Below, in pieces: positions 59,305-64,000 of a stretch of 64,000 nucleotides of DNA. The first letter of the stretch is position 1; each line of letters opens with the position of its first letter. Position numbers and translations under genes: made by a program. The stretch comes from Candidatus Eiseniibacteriota bacterium (GTDB lineage: Bacteria; Eisenbacteria; RBG-16-71-46; JABDJR01). The notes beneath the pieces were generated by a model that saw nothing but the letters and a program-made list of their open reading frames with translations, searched no databases and was not told where the DNA came from. The stretch lies in contig CAVXKA010000001.1 in the NCBI GenBank assembly GCA_963762255.1, forward strand, positions 416,001-480,000. Reading direction: 5' to 3'.

Positions 59305-60855
59305 ATGCTTGAATCCGCCCGTGTCACTCCCATGTACCGTGACAAGTACGAACGCGCCCAGGCAGAGGCTAAGCGGTTCGAGGATTGGTGTAAGACGGCG
59401 TGGCGAGAAGACCCATTGCCGTTCTCGTCACGGCCCCGTCCCGGCTTTCCGGTGGGCCTCCTGCCCGATGTTGTACGCGACTTCGTCACCGCGGTGGCAC
59501 AGGCAATAGCTACACCCGTCGACTTACCCGCGGTGGTCGCCTTGGCCGTGTTGTCAACGGCCGCAGCCAAGCGAGTCCGTGTGCGAGTGAGGGCGGGCTG
59601 GACTGAACCCGTCAACCTATACGAAGTACTCGCCATGGAGTCGGGCTCTGGAAAGAGCACGGCCTTCTCTCCCCTCACCGACCCCATCTTTCGCTTTCAG
59701 AAAGAGGCGCGGCGGGAGCAGGCAGCTGAGCTTCCCCGCGTCCGCGCACGACGGCAAGCCGTCGAGGATCAGATTCAGGGGGTGAGGCGCCAGATTGGCA
59801 GGATGGGGTCGAAACCGGCCGAGCTGACCGAGCTCAACGCACGACTTGAGGAGCTCAACGTCAGCTTGGATGCCCTCCCCATGCCGGTCTCGCCTTTGTT
59901 CATAACGGAGGACGCGACACCCGAAGCCCTCGCAACAGCCATCTATGAGCACGGTGAACGCATGGCGGTATTGAGCGCAGAGGGCGGCGAGGTCGTGGAG
60001 ATCATGGATGGCCGGTATGCCAAGAACCCCAACATCGGGATCTACCTCAAGGCCTACACGGGGGACCGGACGACCATCCTGCGACGAGGACGGGAAGAGT
60101 GCCTCGAGCAGCCGATTCTGACCCTCTTGCTGACCGTCCAGCCCGCAGTCATTCCCCAGATGATCAAGAACGAACACTTCAAAGAGCGTGGACTCCTGGG
60201 ACGGGTCCTGTACTCCATACCACAGAGCACGCTGGGCCACCGGGAATTCAGCCGACCGCCCGTTCCCCCAGAGGCCCGAGAACGCTACAGCACCGTCGTC
60301 ACGCAACTCATGAGCATGAGCGAGACGATCGAACTCGACGTATCCAATGCGGCCCTCGCCGAGTTGTGCGCCTTTCATGACTCTGTTGAACCGCGCCTCG
60401 ATCGGCACACGGGCGACTTGGCCTACATGCAGGAATGGGCGGCCCGCATGCCGGGTTTCGCGGTTCGCATCGCGGGTCTTCTCCACGTCGCCGACTGCGG
60501 CGGCACGGAGATCCAGGGCACGACGATGCACCGCGCCGTGCGGCTTGTGCAGGAGTACTTCCTTCCCCACGCGCAGCTTGCCCACGAAGTTGTGTTTCTG
60601 GATGAGCGACTGGCCGGAGCGAAGGACCTGCTGGAAGTGATCCGGTCCAAGGGCTGGTCCTTGTTCACGGGACGGATGCTGCATCAGGCGGTGAGGGGCC
60701 AGACCCGGTTTCACAAGCGGGAACCGGTAACCCAAGCGCTCGAAGTCATGGAGCAGCGCAACTACGTGAAGGTGATCCCCGGGAAGAAGGACGAATGGAT
60801 GGTGCATCCCCGATGGTTGGCCGGGGAGTGCGCAGAAGAAAGTGAGGATCTCTGA
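59305..60855 (+). CDS. DUF3987/YfjI family protein (primase-helicase-associated)
   Basis: FPVGLLP, WTEPVNLY, ESGSGKS, DATPEAL, SAEGG, RGLLGR motifs; GGAGG RBS. Confidence 0.88.
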   Translation: MLESARVTPMYRDKYERAQAEAKRFEDWCKTAWREDPLPFSSRPRPGFPVGLLPDVVRDFVTAVAQAIATPVDLPAVVALAVLSTAAAKRVRVRVRAGWTEPVNLYEVLAMESGSGKSTAFSPLTDPIFRFQKEARREQAAELPRVRARRQAVEDQIQGVRRQIGRMGSKPAELTELNARLEELNVSLDALPMPVSPLFITEDATPEALATAIYEHGERMAVLSAEGGEVVEIMDGRYAKNPNIGIYLKAYTGDRTTILRRGREECLEQPILTLLLTVQPAVIPQMIKNEHFKERGLLGRVLYSIPQSTLGHREFSRPPVPPEARERYSTVVTQLMSMSETIELDVSNAALAELCAFHDSVEPRLDRHTGDLAYMQEWAARMPGFAVRIAGLLHVADCGGTEIQGTTMHRAVRLVQEYFLPHAQLAHEVVFLDERLAGAKDLLEVIRSKGWSLFTGRMLHQAVRGQTRFHKREPVTQALEVMEQRNYVKVIPGKKDEWMVHPRWLAGECAEESEDL

Positions 60856-61107
60856 GCATGACTGAGACGGTTGGACATTCTCACGGAAGTCATGGGTCCG
60901 TAGGCAGTTGGCTCTCGTTGAGCATGTTGAGCATGCTGAGCCGCTTCGGGGAACAGGAGAGTGAAGTACTTACTCTTACTCTCTCTGAATCTACCGGTCC
61001 CCGCGCGGGGGATGGCATTCTCAACATCCTCAATTCCGGCAATCTCAATCGCGGATTGACGTTGGGTGAGTACCGCCACCCACTCAGGACATCTCACCCC
61101 ATTCTCA
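60842..61107. repeat. Iteron-like 9-mer array YTGAG(C/G/A)ATG in direct and inverted orientation
   Basis: CTGAGCATG 60852; TTGAGCATG x2 plus CTGAGC 60918-60941; inverted CATTCTCAA-CATCCTCAA 61016-61033. Confidence 0.65.
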
Positions 61108-61952
61108 TGCCGGGTGCGCATCCTGTCGCAAGGACACGCAGTCCCCGTGCGGGCCCTCCTCCTGCTCCCCACCGGACGCCGGGCCTGAAGCACATCCTCC
61201 TGGCCCTTGTCGTTCTCCTCCTCGCGGCCATCCTCATCCCCAGGGCGGCGGGAGCCATCGTCATCCCGGCCCCGGTCAGGACGCGGGTGACTTGGTCCAC
61301 GAGCCGCGCGGACACAACCAAGGTCAAGGCGACGTTCCTCGCCGAAGCCGAGCCGACCACCGGCAAGAACGGCGACCCCAACGGCATCTACATCGCGGAC
61401 CCCGCATCGAGCGCCTACCAGTGTGTGGGGCTTGTCTCGTGGGCCGAGTCCATCCCGGACTCCGTGCCGGCCACGTTCACGCGGGCCACGTTGACGCTGT
61501 ACAGGCTCAACGCCACCGATGCTCCCGCCGTCTACGACACCCTCGAGATCGCGCCGGTGACCATCACCTGGAACGAGGCCAAGGCGACCTGGCTCAGCCG
61601 CGCGGCGGGGAAGACTTGGTCGGCGTCGGGCGGAGACGTGGACACCTCCCTTGCAGTGGTCATCCGGGCCGAGGACATCCCCAACCTCTGCAGCGGTGCG
61701 GCGGACTCCGCCGTGACCTTCGACATCACTCCGACAGTCGTGGCGTGGCGGGACCACGCGGTGGGCTCGTTCGGGGTCCGGTTGGCGTGGAAGAACGGGG
61801 TCGCACCGGCGATCCGGTTCCACGACAACGCCGCCCCTGAAGCCCTGCGACCGGTGCTCACGATCGAGACCGTCACGATCCGAAGGCCGAGAGTCATCGG
61901 TCTGATCCGGCGGGCGTTCGGGCCCACGGGAGGGTGGGTGCGCCGTGGATAG
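61107..61952 (+). CDS. Secreted DNRLRE-domain-like protein
   Basis: Hydrophobic signal; ATLTLY, WNEAKATW...W...GGD, FDITPTVVAW, RPVLTI motifs; start uncertain. Confidence 0.65.
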   Translation: MPGAHPVARTRSPRAGPPPAPHRTPGLKHILLALVVLLLAAILIPRAAGAIVIPAPVRTRVTWSTSRADTTKVKATFLAEAEPTTGKNGDPNGIYIADPASSAYQCVGLVSWAESIPDSVPATFTRATLTLYRLNATDAPAVYDTLEIAPVTITWNEAKATWLSRAAGKTWSASGGDVDTSLAVVIRAEDIPNLCSGAADSAVTFDITPTVVAWRDHAVGSFGVRLAWKNGVAPAIRFHDNAAPEALRPVLTIETVTIRRPRVIGLIRRAFGPTGGWVRRG

Positions 61953-62018
61953 CGCACGCCAACAACGCCGAACGACCCGCGACCGCAGTCACGAGTCGTC
62001 GGCGGGGACCGGTGGCGG

Positions 62019-62471
62019 CTACTTCACCCGCGCGTCAATGAGGCGCTGGACCGCGTCCACGTCCCCGCGAGCGGCGGCGATGGCGACCTGCCGGACGAAC
62101 TTGGACGCCTTGCCCGGACCGGCGGCGGCGTGGATCGCATCGCGTTCGGCGGTCGTCAACCTCATCGCGAAGACCACCAGGTCTTCCTTCGCCTCCGTGG
62201 GCGCGACAGGCGCGGCGTCGGGCACGACCGCCAGGCCACGCGTCTTCATGTCCGGGGTCCCGGATTCGGTCGCGGCGTCGGCGTCCGTGTGCGCGGTCTC
62301 TTCCGCAGCCATCGCTGCGGCGATCGCCGCCTTCTCGTCACCCTGCGCTGCCATCCACTCGGCGACGGTGGGCTTCTGGTCAGTCGCCTCGGCGTCCGCC
62401 TTCTCGCGAGCCTTCTTCTCCCGGGCCTGCCGGGCCTTGGTCACCGTCTCGTCGATCTTCTTCTTGCTCAT
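62019..62471 (-). CDS. Small protein with C-terminal ribbon-helix-helix-like region
   Basis: AGGAGG RBS; VVFAMRLTTAERDAIHAAAG...SKFVR pattern. Confidence 0.65.
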   Translation of the reverse strand: MSKKKIDETVTKARQAREKKAREKADAEATDQKPTVAEWMAAQGDEKAAIAAAMAAEETAHTDADAATESGTPDMKTRGLAVVPDAAPVAPTEAKEDLVVFAMRLTTAERDAIHAAAGPGKASKFVRQVAIAAARGDVDAVQRLIDARVK

Positions 62472-62555
62472 GGTTTCTGCCTCCTGGTGTCGGCCGGGCT
62501 TCATGTCCGGCACAGCACAAGGAGTGCGCTCAAACGAGAAGGACTCCACTCAATA

Positions 62556-63759
62556 ATGCGATCCACCAGAACAACGCCCCACCACCGCAAGCTCCACCTG
62601 TGGTCCGCGCTTCCGCCGTATCTCGGCGGAAAGCGACGCCTTTGTCCGACGATCTTCCGGGAAGTGGATCGCATCCTGCCAAGGCGGCACTGGTCTGGGC
62701 TGACGTTCCTGGACGGGTTCCTCGGCGGCGGCTCGGTGTCCCTCTATGCCAAGGCGCAGGGCTTTCGCGTGGTGTCGACCGACATCGCGGCAAGGTCGCT
62801 TGCCATCGGGCAGGCACTCATCGAGAACAGCAGGGTCCGGCTCACGCGTGAGGACGTGTTGCGGCTCGCCAAGGATGACGGTGCAGCACCGGGCCGGGTC
62901 GAGACCGACTACTCACCCTCCACGTTCACGCACGTTCAAGCCCGGTTCATCGACCGAGCGTTGCGCATCGCGGATGCCACCGAGGACACGGCGAAGGCGG
63001 CGCTCATCCGACTCCTAGCTATCCGCATCGCGTTGCTCGCGCACCCGATGAGTCAGATTCGCAAGGGCACCATTCATCGGATGGAGACGGGCGAGTACGA
63101 GGCCATCACCGAGAGTTGCATCTACAGCTATGTGGATGGGCTGCGGCTGACCCGGCCCGACAAGCTCTGGCAACTGGCGCAGGCGATCAACGCAGGCGTC
63201 TTCCAGGGCGAGGGGCGCGTGATCCAAGAGAGCGTGTTCGACAGCACTCCCCACGATCAACGCTGCCGTCGCTTACTACGACCCGCCGTATCCCGGCGTA
63301 ATGAGCTATGAGAAGCAGTATCAGGTTCTCGACGAGATCCTTGAGGGCAGTGGCCGCCCGACCAGCCCGTTCACCGCGAAGGACGGGGCCGGGATGCTGG
63401 ACTCGCTCTTCGAGGCGTCCGCCCACATCCCGATCTGGGTGCTCTCCCTCGGGAACGCCGTCGTTGGCATCGAGGAGTTGGAGCAGAAGATGACCCGCCT
63501 CGGCCGGCAGACCCGCGCCATCGAGATCGCCTACCAGCATCTTCCCGCCGTCGCGACCGCGGAGAAGAAGGCGACGAACAAGGAGTTCCTGGTCGTCGGC
63601 TGGGACGAGAGCGCTGTGGAGCGCATTGCCGCTTCCAGCGCAACTGTTCTCGTGACCTCCCCAGTCCGCAAACAAGCGGCGAAGCGGCAGAAAGCGCTGC
63701 CCAAGCGCTCCCGCAGCGCTGTTACCCCCCACTCCGAAGAGGTGATGACCCGTGGCTAG
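62556..63759 (+). pseudogene. DNA adenine methyltransferase (Dam/D12-like) split by a 1-nt frameshift at ~63243
   Basis: PYLGGKRRL and DGFLGGGSV in first frame; ALPTINAAVAYYDPPY in the second frame, continuing into ORF 63301..63759. Confidence 0.8.
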
Positions 63760-64000
63760 CCCTGTCTCCGACAAGCGCCTCGGCGCGCGCATGATCCCGA
63801 TCGACGACCTCGTCGCCCACCCCCTGAACTCGAATGTGATGCCCGAGGATCTCAAGGAGAAGTTGAAGGTCCAAATCGGGCGGACGAAGCGTTACCCCTA
63901 CCTCGTGGTGCGTCCCCATCCGGACGATGCCGGCAAGTTCCAAGTGCTCGACGGCCATCACCGGGTCGCCATCCTGCGCGAACTCGGCCACACCGAGGCC
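63752..64000 (+). CDS. ParB/Srx N-terminal domain protein, 3'-truncated by window edge
   Basis: IPIDDLVAHPLNSN...LVVRP...QVLDGHHR; overlaps methylase stop. Confidence 0.85.
   Translation, partial: MASPVSDKRLGARMIPIDDLVAHPLNSNVMPEDLKEKLKVQIGRTKRYPYLVVRPHPDDAGKFQVLDGHHRVAILRELGHTEA

Larger units (their letters stand above)
46800..64000. mobile_element. Integrated prophage/satellite-like element(s) with defence cargo; left boundary approximate, continues past window end
   Basis: Visible drop in GC and change in codon usage; two tyrosine recombinases, DUF3987, DNA methylase, ParB-N, R-M and dCTP deaminase genes. Confidence 0.8.

Overview
High-GC bacterial chromosome segment. FlgD-Ig-type C-terminal domains and 'TWGxI/LK' C-termini suggest a Ca. 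Eisenbacteria/Krumholzibacteriota/Latescibacterota-like lineage (inference). Positions 1 to ~46.4 kb are mostly core and secretome genes: S8 protease, pyk, pcnB, GH13 amylase, adenosine deaminase, dinB, pabB/pabC-like pair, a complete phoB-phoR-pstS-porin-pstCAB-phoU cluster and an MrfA/MrfB-like helicase-exonuclease pair. From ~46.8 kb to the end lies a more AT-rich integrated prophage/satellite-like region with two tyrosine recombinases, DUF3987, a DNA methylase and a ParB-N protein. It carries a defence cluster: DUF4062, type IIG R-M, anti-phage dCTP deaminase and an uncharacterised gene pair. Highlights: (1) a 30-aa peptide gene missed by the ORF track (MLGIITKMLALA-GEWQWY-GEWQWF-GEWQWF) with its own sigma54 promoter, palindromic upstream site, IHF-like site and terminator, directly behind a MASE9-like membrane sensor kinase with a degenerate H-box; this is a candidate peptide signalling system. 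(2) A candidate new defence module of two proteins sharing a beta-rich domain, fused to 2 TM helices or to a HEPN-like motif, next to DUF4062. (3) A shared palindrome upstream of two DNA-repair operons, a candidate LexA box. No tRNA, rRNA or CRISPR array was recognised.
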